Origin: Nitrosomonadales bacterium
Lineage (GTDB): Bacteria; Pseudomonadota; Gammaproteobacteria; Burkholderiales; Gallionellaceae
Length of the DNA stretch: 64,000 nucleotides
Assembly: GCA_016199835.1 (NCBI GenBank)
Contig: JACQFX010000017.1
Location: forward strand, 18,577 to 82,576
Direction of reading: 5' to 3'
Every line of letters begins with the position of its first letter. Positions within the stretch are counted from its first letter, which is position 1. Position numbers and translations under genes: made by a program. The notes below the pieces were generated by a model. The model had not been told where the DNA came from. It ran no database searches and saw only the letters and a list, made by a program, of their open reading frames with translations. Of this stretch, positions 1 through 11,129 are shown one piece after another.

Positions 1-391
1 CGACACTGCGCAGATCGCCGCCGACCTCGAACGCATGTACGCGCTGTTTCCGCGCCTCGCCGAACGCCGTGCGCAGCTTGCCGGCACGCTTTCCGGCGGC
101 GAGCAGCAGATGGTGGCGATGGCGCGCGCATTGATGAGCAAACCCAAACTGCTGATGCTGGACGAACCCAGCATGGGACTCGCGCCCATGATGGTCGCGA
201 AAATATTCGAGACCATCAGCGACATCTCCGCGCAGGGCGTTTCCATTCTGCTGGTCGAACAGAACGCCAGACTTGCACTCGAAGTCGCACGGCGCGGTTA
301 TGTGCTGGAAAGCGGGTTGATCACTCTAGCGGACAGCGCGTCAAATCTGTTGGGTAGCGATGAGGTAAGGCGCGCTTATCTTGGCGCCTGA
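1..391 (+). CDS. livF: Branched-chain amino acid ABC transporter ATP-binding protein, C-terminal part (5' end outside window)
   Basis: Reading frame is open from the window edge. ABC signature LSGGEQQMVAMARAL, Walker B LLMLDEP, LivF-type tail. Confidence 0.85.
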   Translation, partial: DTAQIAADLERMYALFPRLAERRAQLAGTLSGGEQQMVAMARALMSKPKLLMLDEPSMGLAPMMVAKIFETISDISAQGVSILLVEQNARLALEVARRGYVLESGLITLADSASNLLGSDEVRRAYLGA

Positions 392-1257
392 TCGGGCCGC
401 CGCAGATTCAGCATATCCATCACCGTCGGATAACGCAGCACCACTTTTAACTCACGCTTCATGCGCAGGTTTGTCAGCCGCCGCGATTCGTTCATGAACG
501 ACAACAGCATCGGCGACAATGCGCTCTGCGCTTCGACACGGCTGATGCGCGGCGGACGCGGCAAACCGCAGGCATCCGCAACCGCATCGAAGTAGGCGCC
601 CATTTTCATCCCGCTATCGTCCGAGGCGTGATATACGCGATTCGGTTTTCCGTGGCGCAAAGCCGCGACGACAATGCGCGCCAGGTCGTCGGCATGGATG
701 TGGTTGGTATGGCTGTCTTCCTGCGCCACGATGGCGGGGCCGCCCGAGCGCAAACGTTCCAGCGGCAGGCGTTCCGCCGCATAGATGCCGGGGACGCGCA
801 GTATGCTGGCTGTTACACCATTGCGTTTGACCCAGGCACATATCTGCTGTTCGGCATCCACGCGGCGTTGCGCGCGTGGGTTCTGCGCATGGAGTGGATG
901 GGTCTCATCCACCACCGCGCCATTGCAATCGCCATAGACGCCGCTGGTGCTGATGTAGATGAAGTGTCCGGGCAGCGAGCCGCGCGATAGGGCCGCGAGC
1001 AGATTGCGCGTGCGCGTGTCGCCATTGCCCGCATTGGGTGGCGGCGCGAAGTGCAGCACCGTATCGGCCAGTCCGGCGATGCGTGCAAGACTACTGCGCC
1101 CATCGAGATCACCCGGCAACGGGGTGATGCCGGCAGCGCACAACACCGGAAAACGTGCAGCGCTGCGCGCCAGCCCGAACAAGGTATAACGTTCGCACAG
1201 CAATGCCGCGACCCGCAGCGCAATGTCCCCGCAGCCAACCATGAGAATTCGTTTCAT
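376..1257 (-). CDS. NAD-dependent epimerase/dehydratase (SDR) family protein
   Basis: Internal ATG at 1257 gives 293 aa starting MKRILMVGCGDIA (Rossmann GxGxxA). The upstream 297 codons of the 590-aa ORF are antisense to gene 1309-2337 and were discarded. Confidence 0.75.
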   Translation of the reverse strand: MKRILMVGCGDIALRVAALLCERYTLFGLARSAARFPVLCAAGITPLPGDLDGRSSLARIAGLADTVLHFAPPPNAGNGDTRTRNLLAALSRGSLPGHFIYISTSGVYGDCNGAVVDETHPLHAQNPRAQRRVDAEQQICAWVKRNGVTASILRVPGIYAAERLPLERLRSGGPAIVAQEDSHTNHIHADDLARIVVAALRHGKPNRVYHASDDSGMKMGAYFDAVADACGLPRPPRISRVEAQSALSPMLLSFMNESRRLTNLRMKRELKVVLRYPTVMDMLNLRRPDQAPR

Positions 1258-1308
1258 GCTGCGATTATGCGTTAAAATCGCGGCCTTCGCGTAAGCAGCA
1301 GGCACAGC

Positions 1309-2337
1309 ATGACGTTCACCACCACCATCAAACCCGGCAACCATAGTTTTTCTGTCGAGCAGGATGAAACCATACTCGATGCCGGACTCAAGCATGGCAT
1401 CACCTTGCCCTACGGTTGCCGCAACGGCGTGTGCGGCGCGTGCAAAGGCAAGGTGCTGGAGGGCGTAGTGGATCATGGCAATTCCCAGGCCCATGCATTG
1501 AGCGAGGCGGAAAAGGCCGCAGGCATGACCTTGTTCTGTTGCGCCCAGCCCCGATCCGATGTGGTCATCGAATGCCGCGAAGTGAGCGTATCCAATGATA
1601 TTCCGGCGCGGACACTGCCATGCCGCGTGGAGAAAATGGAAAAAGCGGCGGACGATGTGATGGTGCTTTACCTCAGGCTGCCCGCCAACGAGCGCCTGCA
1701 ATTTCTCGCCGGACAATACATAGACATCCTGCTGAAAGATGACAAGCCGCGCAGCTTCTCGCTGGCCAATGCACCGCACGACGACGAATTCCTGCAACTG
1801 CACATCCGCAACATCGCGGGCGGGACTTTCACGCAGCATGTGTTCAACAAAATGAAGGAACGCGACATTCTGCGCATCAAGGGACCGCTGGGTACTTTCT
1901 TCCTGCACGAAGATTCGGGCAAGCCTATCGTGTTTGTCGCCAGCGGCACCGGCTTCGCGCCGGTCAAAGCCATCATCGAACATGCGCTGTACAGCGGCAT
2001 GCAGCGCCCCATGCATCTGTACTGGGGGGTGCGCAAACCATCCGATCTCTACATGCTGGAGCGCCTGAAGGAATGGGAAGCGCGCGGCATAAAGTTCACG
2101 CCCGTCGTCTCCGATGAACCATGGGATGGGCGCACGGGATTTGTGCACCAGGCGGTGCTGGAAGACTACAGCGATCTATCCGGCCATCAGGTCTATGCTT
2201 GCGGCGCACCCGTGGTGGTGGAAGCGGCGCATCGCGAGTTCACTACGCAACGCGGTCTGCCGGATGAAGAGTTTTTCTCGGACGCATTCACTTTTGTGCC
2301 CAAGCCTCTGGATCGAAGGGTGGAAGCCGAAGATTGA
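1309..2337 (+). CDS. 2Fe-2S ferredoxin / FAD-NAD(P) oxidoreductase (CDP-6-deoxy-delta-3,4-glucoseen reductase-like, FNR family)
   Basis: N-terminal plant-type ferredoxin motif CRNGVCGACKG...C, followed by an FNR-like RSFSLA flavin motif and a GTGFAP NAD motif. Confidence 0.8.
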   Translation: MTFTTTIKPGNHSFSVEQDETILDAGLKHGITLPYGCRNGVCGACKGKVLEGVVDHGNSQAHALSEAEKAAGMTLFCCAQPRSDVVIECREVSVSNDIPARTLPCRVEKMEKAADDVMVLYLRLPANERLQFLAGQYIDILLKDDKPRSFSLANAPHDDEFLQLHIRNIAGGTFTQHVFNKMKERDILRIKGPLGTFFLHEDSGKPIVFVASGTGFAPVKAIIEHALYSGMQRPMHLYWGVRKPSDLYMLERLKEWEARGIKFTPVVSDEPWDGRTGFVHQAVLEDYSDLSGHQVYACGAPVVVEAAHREFTTQRGLPDEEFFSDAFTFVPKPLDRRVEAED

Positions 2338-2385
2338 ATGTATCACCTTGCCTTGGGCGCAGGCGCGAATGAATGCGCGCCTCGC

Positions 2386-3555
2386 TTATACCCATTCCAT
2401 CGCCTTGCGCGAATATCTGAGCGCCTCATCCGGCTTGTTCAATCTCTCGGCAAGCTGCCCTAAAGCAGTATAGGCGGCGCGGCTGGGAGATACGCTGATG
2501 CTGGCTTCGAGATAAGTCTGCGCTTTGCCCCACAGCGCCTGATGCAAACATAGTTTGCCCAGCGCCAGCAATAATCCTGCATCGTCCGTATGCAGTTTGA
2601 GCCAGCGCTCGGCCTGTTCGATCTGCCCGACCACATCGCCCACGAGGCAGTCGCCATATAGCGTGACCAAGCCACTGTCCCATTGCGCGTCCAGGCTGTC
2701 GGTGACTAGCTGTTGCGCATTCTTGCAATCGCCAAGCTGGATGAAAGCATGCGCGGCGGCGCTGGCGATCGGGGTGCGTTGGCGGAACTCGTCCGGCATG
2801 TTTCTCCACACCGACAACAGCGCTGAAGCATCCTGTGTTTGCGCGCGGATTTTTTCCAGCCAGGCCTGTTGGCGCACTTGCTCGGCGGCGGTGGTGTCCA
2901 TAGACTCGCGTTTTTCCAGCTGGTTGACGATATCCAGCACCGCATCCCAGTTGCGCGCCTGCTGCTGCGCCTTGAGTTCCAGGTGCAGTGCGCCGACATG
3001 GCCGCGCACGCCGGATTCGCGCAAGGCTTTCAGCGTGTCCAGCGCAGCCAGCGGTTGATGCTGATCCAGATTGAACTTGGCGGTGGCCATCAAGCGCATG
3101 GTGGTATCGCCGACCGTCTTGCCTTCGGCAGATGCAAGGTAGGCATCACGCTTGTCGAACTCGCGCAACTCGTGCGCCGCGCGCGCGGCGATGATGGGAT
3201 TGATGGCAGAACCCTCGTCCAGCTCCATCGCCAGTGCCGCAGCTTTTTCCGCCACCGCATAGCGCCCTTCGAAGAAGGCGCCCAGCGCCTCCATCATTGC
3301 CGCGCGCCCCTTTGCATGCGCGCGCTCGCTGCGGAAACGGCGCACATATTCGGGCAGACGCAGGGTCGCCGCTATCAGTTGCACAGTCAGGAAAGCAAAC
3401 ACGAATAGCACCAGCAGCCCCACCACAAACAGCGAGAGCGACATTTCGATGCGGTAGGGGGCATATACCAGCAGCACATAGCCGGGATTATGCGCGGCCA
3501 GCGTGAGCGTCACCGCCAATGCGAACAGCCCCAGCAACCAGAACAGAAATTTCAT
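2386..3555 (-). CDS. hemY: HemY-like heme biosynthesis-associated TPR membrane protein
   Basis: Two N-terminal TM helices then a TPR-like region. Sits at the end of the hemC-hemD-hemX-hemY array and its start overlaps the hemX stop by 4 nt. Confidence 0.8.
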   Translation of the reverse strand: MKFLFWLLGLFALAVTLTLAAHNPGYVLLVYAPYRIEMSLSLFVVGLLVLFVFAFLTVQLIAATLRLPEYVRRFRSERAHAKGRAAMMEALGAFFEGRYAVAEKAAALAMELDEGSAINPIIAARAAHELREFDKRDAYLASAEGKTVGDTTMRLMATAKFNLDQHQPLAALDTLKALRESGVRGHVGALHLELKAQQQARNWDAVLDIVNQLEKRESMDTTAAEQVRQQAWLEKIRAQTQDASALLSVWRNMPDEFRQRTPIASAAAHAFIQLGDCKNAQQLVTDSLDAQWDSGLVTLYGDCLVGDVVGQIEQAERWLKLHTDDAGLLLALGKLCLHQALWGKAQTYLEASISVSPSRAAYTALGQLAERLNKPDEALRYSRKAMEWV

Positions 3556-4604
3556 CGCGCGGGCTTCTCGCGCGACACACGGTAATTGCGCACCGCTTCC
3601 AGACTGGCGCTGATGTCAGGCAGCTCGATGCTGATATTGGACTCGCGCAATTTCTGTAGTGTGCTGACGGTTGTCGCACCGTCGCCCGATCTGGTGTCGA
3701 AATAGCGCGCCACCCATTCCTGCGCGGCTTGCAGATCGCGCTTATAGCTGGACTCGTCGCGCGCCAGCAGCGCCAAATGTGCCGACAGCAGGCGCAGCTT
3801 CAGGTTCTCGCGCAGAAAGTAAGTTTGCGCGGGCATGAGCAGCGGCAGCTCCTGCTTCTGCGTGTTCTCGATGCGCACCAGTTGTTTGGCGTCGGTCCAG
3901 ATCTCGTACAGCAGGCGTTGCCAGCCCGACGCGGCAGGAGCGGCAGGCGCGGCGACGGCGGCTTCCTGCGACAGGTGCATATCCTGCGCCAGCGGCAATG
4001 CATCCACGGCAACGATAAGATTGTCGAGGCGCAGATTGATGCCCGGCACATCCACATTGGGCAGCGCACGCAGCCTGTCCATATCGCGCGCGATGGCCTT
4101 GCGCAGGTTATTCAGCGAAGCCCTGTCCATGCGCTTGAGATTATCGTCGGCCTGCTGCATGGCAATCAGCGCGGCTTTCACGTTGGCGGCGAGTTGCAAC
4201 TGCTGCCCGGCGATCAGCAGCATCTGTTCGACCTGCGCCAGCACCGTCTCGTCGCGGCTGCTGGAAAGCTCCTGATACAGCGTCTCCAGCGCGGCGCGCT
4301 GGTTCTGCGCTTCGGCATAATGCGCTTCCAGCAGCACCACCTTGGCCGACAGTTCGCGCGTCGCTTCCTGGCCTTGCGTCACCAGCATCTGGCTGGCCTT
4401 GTTGCTGCCGTCCATCTCGGCCAGACGCCGCGCCAGTTCCTGCTGCATGTTGCCGATCTGGCGGTGTGCATCGAACCATTGCAGCACGAATATCACCAGC
4501 ACCACGGCCAGCGTCATCTGCGCGACGCTCATGCGCGCGATGAGGTTCGCCACCGGGTTATGCGGCGGCGGAGTTTGCTGCGTGGGTGGGGTTGCTTCGT
4601 TCAT
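3552..4604 (-). CDS. hemX: HemX-like membrane protein (uroporphyrinogen-III methyltransferase-like, function uncertain)
   Basis: One TM helix then a long coiled-coil-like region, located between hemD and hemY. The ATG at 4604 forms an ATGA overlap with the hemD stop. An alternative ATG lies at 4628. Confidence 0.7.
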   Translation of the reverse strand: MNEATPPTQQTPPPHNPVANLIARMSVAQMTLAVVLVIFVLQWFDAHRQIGNMQQELARRLAEMDGSNKASQMLVTQGQEATRELSAKVVLLEAHYAEAQNQRAALETLYQELSSSRDETVLAQVEQMLLIAGQQLQLAANVKAALIAMQQADDNLKRMDRASLNNLRKAIARDMDRLRALPNVDVPGINLRLDNLIVAVDALPLAQDMHLSQEAAVAAPAAPAASGWQRLLYEIWTDAKQLVRIENTQKQELPLLMPAQTYFLRENLKLRLLSAHLALLARDESSYKRDLQAAQEWVARYFDTRSGDGATTVSTLQKLRESNISIELPDISASLEAVRNYRVSREKPAR

Positions 4605-5359
4605 GCTGGTTTCCGGTTCTGCGCCCATGCTACCAAACCTTCGAGCAAGCCGTCATCTCCGCCTGCGGTCGCGGTCACTACCCGCCAGCCCTGGCGTTGC
4701 GCGGCAGCGGCGATGCGCTCGTGCTGCACGAACAATGGTATGGCGACAAGCTGCGCTCTGCCTTGTTCATCGAACATATCCCACAAATATCCCAGCGCTT
4801 CGCTGCTGGTTACGGTAATGGCGTCCGGTCCGGCAGCCAGCAATGCGGCGCCATCCTGTTGCGGTTTGCTGCGCTGGTAACATTCGGCATATTCCACGCT
4901 CGCGCCGCGTGCCTTGAGTGTATCGCCCAGCAGCTCGCGCCCGCCGTCGCCGCGAAAAATCGCGATGCGCCAGCCATCAACGTTCTGCAATTCGGGCAGG
5001 GCCAGCAGCGCTTCGCTATCGAAACGATCCTGCGGCGCAAGGATGCCGCTCACGCCCAACTCGCGCAGCACCCTGGCGCTGCCCTGGCCGACGCTGGCAA
5101 TCTTCAATGCGGCGGGTAATTCACGAATAGCCGCCATGCCGTAGCGCACCGCGTTGGGGCTGATGAAAATGGCGAGATCGAATTCGTGCAGGCGCGAGAC
5201 AAGTGCGCGCAGCGTTTGCGGATCGGCTGCCGGGCCGATCTCCAGCAAGGGGAACACTATGGCCTTGCCACCGGCCTGCGCGATGCGCTGCGCCAGTTGC
5301 GCCGCCTGTTCGCGCGGGCGGGTCACGGCGATGTTCAGTCCGGCAAGGGGCAAAGTCAT
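4601..5359 (-). CDS. hemD: Uroporphyrinogen-III synthase
   Basis: HemD-like sequence (LAGLNIAVTRPREQA...) downstream of hemC. The ATG at 5359 is preferred over the GTG at 5395. Confidence 0.8.
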   Translation of the reverse strand: MTLPLAGLNIAVTRPREQAAQLAQRIAQAGGKAIVFPLLEIGPAADPQTLRALVSRLHEFDLAIFISPNAVRYGMAAIRELPAALKIASVGQGSARVLRELGVSGILAPQDRFDSEALLALPELQNVDGWRIAIFRGDGGRELLGDTLKARGASVEYAECYQRSKPQQDGAALLAAGPDAITVTSSEALGYLWDMFDEQGRAQLVAIPLFVQHERIAAAAQRQGWRVVTATAGGDDGLLEGLVAWAQNRKPA

Positions 5360-5446
5360 AAAATCATTTGCCGCAGAGAACACAGAAAAAACCACAATCT
5401 ATTTACGGTGGTTTTCAACTCTGCGTTCTCTGTGGCTAAATTGTTT

Positions 5447-6397
5447 TTACAAAGCTAGCGCCGCAAGAATTTCGCCCGCGCCTTGTTTCAACAGGTCTTC
5501 TGCCACGGCATCGCCCAGCGCTTCCGGAGCGTTCACGCTGCCGGTATGCTCGGCGCGGATCAGGCGCGAGCCGTCGGGCGTGGCGACGAAGCCGCGCATG
5601 CGCAGCTTGCCGTCGACCACTTCGGCGAAACCGCCCAATGGCACCTGGCAACTGCCGCCCAGTTTGCGGCTCATCGCGCGTTCGGCCAACACGCAGGCGG
5701 CGGTGTCAGGATGATGCAGAGGTGCGAGTACGCCAACCAGATCGGCGCGGTCGGCGCGGCATTCGATGCCGAGTGCGCCCTGGCCCACGGCGGGCAGGCT
5801 GTCTTCGCTGGTAATGACATTGCGTATGCGGTCGCCCAGACCCAGGCGCTTCAGGCCGGCGGCGGCGAGGATGATGGCGGCGTATTGGCCCTCATCGAGT
5901 TTGCGCAAACGGGTCTGCACATTACCGCGCAGCGGTTCGATCTTCAGGTGCGGAAAGCGTGCACGCAACTGGCTTTCGCGGCGCAGGCTGGAAGTGCCGA
6001 CCACTGCTCCGGCGGGCAACGCTTGCAGGTTGTCGTAGTTGTTGGAGACGAAGGCGTCGCGCGGATCTTCGCGCTCACCGATGCAGGCCAGCATGAAACC
6101 TTCAGGCAGATTCATCGGCACATCCTTCAGGGAATGCACGGCGATGTCGGCGCTGCCGTTTTCCAGCGCAGTTTCGAGTTCCTTTACAAAAAGTCCCTTG
6201 CCGCCGATCTTGGACAGCGTGACATCGAGGATCTGGTCGCCCTGCGTGGTCATGCCGAGGATGCTGACCTGCGTTTGCGGATATAATGCGCGCAGCCTGT
6301 CACGGATGTGTTCGGCTTGCCACATGGCCAGCGCGCTTTCGCGCGAAGCGATCACCAGTTTGCTTGGAACCGATTGCGCTTGAGTTGTCTGATTCAT
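5447..6397 (-). CDS. hemC: Hydroxymethylbilane synthase (porphobilinogen deaminase)
   Basis: Strong HemC similarity: [41 protein letters not shown], and the cofactor Cys context GGSCQVP. Confidence 0.95.
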   Translation of the reverse strand: MNQTTQAQSVPSKLVIASRESALAMWQAEHIRDRLRALYPQTQVSILGMTTQGDQILDVTLSKIGGKGLFVKELETALENGSADIAVHSLKDVPMNLPEGFMLACIGEREDPRDAFVSNNYDNLQALPAGAVVGTSSLRRESQLRARFPHLKIEPLRGNVQTRLRKLDEGQYAAIILAAAGLKRLGLGDRIRNVITSEDSLPAVGQGALGIECRADRADLVGVLAPLHHPDTAACVLAERAMSRKLGGSCQVPLGGFAEVVDGKLRMRGFVATPDGSRLIRAEHTGSVNAPEALGDAVAEDLLKQGAGEILAALAL

Positions 6398-6500
6398 TGC
6401 TTATTCCTGACAAGTTGATTGATTCGGTGGTTTGTATAGCTAATAGCGGCGCATTTTAACACGACCCCGTTCTACCTCGCCGCAGAAACAGAAAACGAAC

Positions 6501-9269
6501 ATGCTAACTTTACTTTCCGCACCCGCCGACATATCGAGTAAGGACTTGCCCCTGCGCGAGGATATCCGCCTGTTCGGGCGCATCCTCGGCGACACTTTGC
6601 GCGAGCAGGAAGGCAACGAGACCTTCGAGCTGGTCGAGAGCGTGCGCCGCGCTGCCGTGCGTTTCCGCAAGACCCAGGACGAACGCGACCGCGACCAGTT
6701 GGAACAGATGCTGGATGCACTGTCGCCGCGCGACACGCTGTCGGTGGTGCGCGCCTTCAGTTATTTTTCGCAACTGTCCAATATCGCCGAGGACCAGCAC
6801 CACAACCGCCGCCGCCGCGCGCATCTCAAGGCCGGTTCGCCGCCGCAGGACGGCAGCATGCAACTGGCGCTGGATCGCGTGCAGGCCAGGCAAACCGGCG
6901 CGAACGCGGTGCAGGCGTTCTTCGACAAGGCGCTGATCTCGCCCGTGCTTACCGCGCATCCCACCGAAGTGCAGCGCAAGAGCATACTTGATTGCCAGAT
7001 CTCCATCGCCAGCATCCTGGCCGAGCGTGACCGCATGGACATGACGCCGGACGAGCTGGCCCAGAACGAAGAGCTGTTGCGCCGCTTCATCCTGATCCTG
7101 TGGCACACGCGCATGTTGCGCACCGCCAAACTGACCGTGCCGGACGAGATCAACAACGGGTTGGCGTATTACAGTTATACCTTTCTCACCGAGATACCGA
7201 AGATCTACGCCGATCTGGAAAAGCAACTGGAGCAGCGCTACGGCGAACACATCGCCATCCCGCCGTTTCTGCGCATCGGTAGCTGGATCGGCGGCGACCG
7301 CGACGGCAATCCCTACGTCACGCACGAGGTCATGCAGAATGCCGCCGAGCGCCATTCGACGCTGATCCTTGAACATTACCTGACTGAAATCCATACCCTG
7401 GGCACGCGCTATTCGCTTTCTTCCCGTCTGGTGGAAATCAGCGACGAACTCGACGCCTTCGCCGCACAGTCGCTGGACGATGCCGCCAGCCGCGAGGATG
7501 AGCCGTACCGCCGCGCGCTGATCGCGATTTATTCGCGCCTTGCGGTCACCGCGAAACAGCTCGAACACCGCGCGGAGCATTTGCGCCCCGCCGACCCCAA
7601 TGCCCGACCCTACGCCGACGCGCAGGAATTCATCGCCGACCTCGACATCATCATCAATTCGCTCAATCACCACGGCGCGACATATCTCGCGCGCGGGCGC
7701 ATCGCTTATCTGCGCCGCGCCGCGCAGGTGTTCGGTTTCCATCTTGCGCCGCTGGACATGCGCCAGCACAGCGCGGTGCATGAGCAGGTGGTGAGCGAAC
7801 TGCTGGCAGTCGCCGGCCGCAAGGATTATGAGCAACTCGACGAGGCCGCGCGCCGCAGCACGCTGCTCGACGCGTTGCATGCGGGCAAACATCTCGCCAC
7901 AGAAATGGAAAGGTTTTCGCACACCGTGCAGGGCGAGTTGCGCATCATGCATGCGGCGGCGATCATCCATCGCCGCTTTGGCCGCGCCGCGCTGCCCAAT
8001 TACATCATCTCGATGACCAAGGGCGTGAGCGATTTGCTCGAAGTCGCGCTGATGTTGCAGCAGGCCGGCTTGCTTGACACCGATCCCGCGCTGCATCTCA
8101 ACATCATTCCGCTGTTCGAGACCATCGTCGACCTGCGCGGCTGCGGCCCCATCATGGATGAACTGTTCTCCATTCCGTACTACCGCGAACTGTTAAAGAC
8201 ACGCGGCAACACGCAGGAAGTGATGCTGGGCTATTCCGACAGCAACAAGGATGGCGGTTACCTCACCGCAAACTGGGAGCTGTACAAAGCCGAAATCGAA
8301 CTCGTACAAGTGTTCGAGAAACACGGCATCGAACTGCGTCTGTTCCACGGGCGCGGTGGCACCGTGGGTCGCGGCGGCGGCCCCAGCTATGAGGCTATCC
8401 TGGCGCAACCGCCGGGCAGCGTGAATGCGCAGATCCGCATCACCGAACAGGGTGAGGTCATCGCCAGCAAATATTCCAATCCGGAAATCGGACGGCGCAA
8501 TCTCGAAACGCTGATCGCCGCAACCATGGAAGCCACGCTGCTGCATCACCATGGCGCCGACAGCACCATGCCCGAATTCCATCGCATCATGGAAATATTG
8601 AGCGCGGATGCGTTCATCGCATATCGCCAGCTGGTATATGAGACACCCGGCTTCACCGACTATTTCTTTGCCGCCACGCCGATACGCGAGATCGCCGAAC
8701 TCAACATCGGCAGCCGCCCCTCATCGCGCAAGGCGAGCGACAAGATCGAAGACCTGCGCGCGATTCCCTGGGTGTTCAGCTGGAGCCTGAACCGTGTGCT
8801 GTTGCCCGGTTGGTTCGGTTTCGGCAGCGCCGTGCAACGTTTCATGGAACGCGAAGGCGGGGGCGGCCTTGCGCAACTGCAAGCCATGTACCGGAACTGG
8901 GCGTTCTTTCGCGGCCTGCTTTCCAACATGGACATGGTGCTATCCAAGACCGATATGGGCATCGCCTCGCGCTATGCCGAACTGGTGCCGGATGAAACGC
9001 TGCGCAACAGGATATTCGGCGAGATCGAAGCCGAATGGCAGCGCACGGTGGACATGCTGTTCGCCATCACCGGCGCTTCCACGCTGCTGCAAGACAATTC
9101 CACGCTGGCGCGCAGCCTCACCACGCGCACGCCCTACATCGATCCGCTCAACCACCTGCAAGTCGCGCTGCTGCATCGCCACCGCGCAGGAGATGACGAT
9201 GTGCTGGTGAAGCGGGCAATACATCTGACCATCAACGGCATCGCAGCAGGGTTGCGGAACAGCGGTTAG
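6501..9269 (+). CDS. ppc: Phosphoenolpyruvate carboxylase
   Basis: 922 aa with VLTAHPTE, GYSDSNKDGG, FHGRGGTVGRGGGP and the C-terminal IAAGLRNSG signature. Confidence 0.97.
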   Translation: MLTLLSAPADISSKDLPLREDIRLFGRILGDTLREQEGNETFELVESVRRAAVRFRKTQDERDRDQLEQMLDALSPRDTLSVVRAFSYFSQLSNIAEDQHHNRRRRAHLKAGSPPQDGSMQLALDRVQARQTGANAVQAFFDKALISPVLTAHPTEVQRKSILDCQISIASILAERDRMDMTPDELAQNEELLRRFILILWHTRMLRTAKLTVPDEINNGLAYYSYTFLTEIPKIYADLEKQLEQRYGEHIAIPPFLRIGSWIGGDRDGNPYVTHEVMQNAAERHSTLILEHYLTEIHTLGTRYSLSSRLVEISDELDAFAAQSLDDAASREDEPYRRALIAIYSRLAVTAKQLEHRAEHLRPADPNARPYADAQEFIADLDIIINSLNHHGATYLARGRIAYLRRAAQVFGFHLAPLDMRQHSAVHEQVVSELLAVAGRKDYEQLDEAARRSTLLDALHAGKHLATEMERFSHTVQGELRIMHAAAIIHRRFGRAALPNYIISMTKGVSDLLEVALMLQQAGLLDTDPALHLNIIPLFETIVDLRGCGPIMDELFSIPYYRELLKTRGNTQEVMLGYSDSNKDGGYLTANWELYKAEIELVQVFEKHGIELRLFHGRGGTVGRGGGPSYEAILAQPPGSVNAQIRITEQGEVIASKYSNPEIGRRNLETLIAATMEATLLHHHGADSTMPEFHRIMEILSADAFIAYRQLVYETPGFTDYFFAATPIREIAELNIGSRPSSRKASDKIEDLRAIPWVFSWSLNRVLLPGWFGFGSAVQRFMEREGGGGLAQLQAMYRNWAFFRGLLSNMDMVLSKTDMGIASRYAELVPDETLRNRIFGEIEAEWQRTVDMLFAITGASTLLQDNSTLARSLTTRTPYIDPLNHLQVALLHRHRAGDDDVLVKRAIHLTINGIAAGLRNSG

Positions 9270-9339
9270 ATTCTTTGCTGGCGGAAAAGGAAGCTGCCGT
9301 TACTCGCGGATAAAAAATAACCGGGCGCGTGGGCAGGCT

Positions 9340-10938
9340 TTACTCGGCCATGCCCTGGCTGCGCAGATATTCTTCATACGTACCGTGATAGTCCGTCACA
9401 CCCTTGGCCGATATCTCGATGATGCGTGTGGCCAGCGAACTCACAAACTCGCGGTCGTGGCTGACGAAGATCAGCGTGCCCTTGTACAGGTCGAGCGCGG
9501 TATTGAGCGACTCGATGGCTTCCATGTCCATGTGGTTGGTCGGTTCGTCCATCAGCAGCACGTTCGGTTTTGCCAGCATCAGTTTGCCGAACAGCATGCG
9601 GCCCTTCTCGCCGCCGGACAGCACTTTCACTTTTTTCTTCACGTCGTCGCCGGAAAACAGCAAACGCCCCAGCGTGCCGCGCACCACCTGATCGTCGTCG
9701 TGCGGGCCGCGCCAGTCGGTCATCCATTCCATCATCTGTTTGTCTTCGGCGAAGTCGGCGGCGTGATCCTGCGCGTAGTAGCCGAGCTTGGCTTTCTCCG
9801 CCCATTTGATGGTGCCGGTGTCGGGTTCGAGGTCGCCCGCGAGGCAACGCAGCAGCGTGGTTTTGCCGATGCCGTTGGGCCCGATGATGGCGACCTTCTC
9901 GCCCGCGTCGATGCGGAAATTTACATTGGAGAAAAGAACTTTGTCGAAGCCCTTGGCCATGTGCTGCACTTCCACCGCGACGCGATGCAATTTCTCGCGC
10001 TCGTCGTATTCGTAGCGAATGAAGGGGTACTGGCGGCTCGAAGGCTTGATGTCCTCCACCTTGATCTTGTCGATCTGGCGCGCGCGCGAAGTGGCCTGCT
10101 TGGCCTTGGAAGCGTTGGCCGAGAAGCGCGCCACGAAGGCCTTGAGTTCGGCGATCTTCTCCTTGGCCTTGGCGTTGTCCGACGATTGCTGCTCGCGCGC
10201 CTGCGTGGAGGCCAGCATGTAGTCGTTGTAGTTGCCGGGATACACGGTGATCTTGCCGTAATCGAGATCGGCCATGTGCGTACACACGCTGTTCAAAAAA
10301 TGACGGTCGTGCGAGATAATCACCATGGTGCTGTTGCGCGCGTTGAGGATGTCTTCCAGCCAGCGTATGGTATTGATGTCGAGGTTGTTGGTCGGCTCGT
10401 CCAGCAGCAGGATGTCGGGGTTGGAAAACAGTGCCTGCGCCAGCAGCACGCGCAGCTTGAAGCCGGGTGCGACTTCGCGCATCGGCCCGCCGTGCAGTTC
10501 GATGGCGATACCCAGCCCCAGCAGCAGCTCCCCGGCGCGCGCTTCGGCGGTGTAACCATCGTACTCGGCGAACACGGCTTCGAGGTCGGCGGCGCGCATG
10601 TAATCTTCTTCGCTCGCATCCGGGTTGGCGTAAAGCGCGTCGCGTTCCGACATCGCTTCCCACATTTCGGCATGGCCCATCATCACCACATCGAGCACGC
10701 GGTTGTCTTCATAAGCGAACTGATCCTGGCGCAATTTGCCCAGGCGTTCGCCGCGATCCAGCATGACTTCGCCTGAAGACTGCTCCAGATCGCGACCGAG
10801 GATTTTCATGAAGGTGGACTTGCCGCAACCGTTCGCGCCGATGAGGCCGTAGCGGTTGCCGTCGCCGAATTTGACGGAGACGTTTTCGAACAGCGGCTTG
10901 GCGCCGAACTGCATGGTGATGTTTGCGGTGGATAACAT
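9340..10938 (-). CDS. ybiT: ABC-F family ATPase (YbiT-like, two ABC domains, no TM domain)
   Basis: Near full-length colinear similarity to E. coli YbiT as I recall it ([39 protein letters not shown], duplicated Walker/signature motifs). Confidence 0.9.
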   Translation of the reverse strand: MLSTANITMQFGAKPLFENVSVKFGDGNRYGLIGANGCGKSTFMKILGRDLEQSSGEVMLDRGERLGKLRQDQFAYEDNRVLDVVMMGHAEMWEAMSERDALYANPDASEEDYMRAADLEAVFAEYDGYTAEARAGELLLGLGIAIELHGGPMREVAPGFKLRVLLAQALFSNPDILLLDEPTNNLDINTIRWLEDILNARNSTMVIISHDRHFLNSVCTHMADLDYGKITVYPGNYNDYMLASTQAREQQSSDNAKAKEKIAELKAFVARFSANASKAKQATSRARQIDKIKVEDIKPSSRQYPFIRYEYDEREKLHRVAVEVQHMAKGFDKVLFSNVNFRIDAGEKVAIIGPNGIGKTTLLRCLAGDLEPDTGTIKWAEKAKLGYYAQDHAADFAEDKQMMEWMTDWRGPHDDDQVVRGTLGRLLFSGDDVKKKVKVLSGGEKGRMLFGKLMLAKPNVLLMDEPTNHMDMEAIESLNTALDLYKGTLIFVSHDREFVSSLATRIIEISAKGVTDYHGTYEEYLRSQGMAE

Positions 10939-11050
10939 AGGACTGCCTTATTTTCGAAGGCGCGCATTCTACCATTATCCATGTACCATGACCGCGCAGC
11001 GACCATGCCGACAGGCGCAGAAAGCGCCCGGTTCCGTCCCGCCCGGCTTA

Positions 11051-11104
11051 TTGACTCCTGCCCCGTGATGGCTTATTTTGTATCCCGATACAAAGCGGAT
11101 ACAA
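11051..11104 (+). promoter_or_regulatory. Putative sigma70 promoter (TTGACT-17-TATTTT) with overlapping palindromic operator TTGTATC-CC-GATACAA and extra GATACAA half-sites
   Basis: TTGACT at 11051-11056 and TATTTT at 11074-11079. Palindrome at 11078-11093. GATACAA repeats at 11098-11104. GGGGG Shine-Dalgarno sequence before the ATG at 11130. Confidence 0.35.
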
Positions 11105-11129
11105 ATACAAATCACCCAAGGGGGTTGAA

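Noticed and set aside
1258-2148. N-terminal 297 codons of the 590-aa minus-strand ORF 376..2148
   Set aside because: This part lies antisense to the well-supported ferredoxin-reductase gene (1309-2337). It has no recognisable similarity, and the epimerase domain starts cleanly at the ATG at 1257. It is a high-GC shadow ORF.
6510-8096. 528-aa ORF antisense to ppc
   Set aside because: It sits entirely inside the strongly supported ppc gene on the opposite strand. Its Arg/Ala/Gly-rich low-complexity translation is typical of antisense frames in high-GC DNA.
9374-10776. 429-aa and 463-aa ORFs overlapping ybiT (alternate frame and antisense)
   Set aside because: The ybiT frame matches a known protein along its full length. 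The others are Arg-rich shadow frames.
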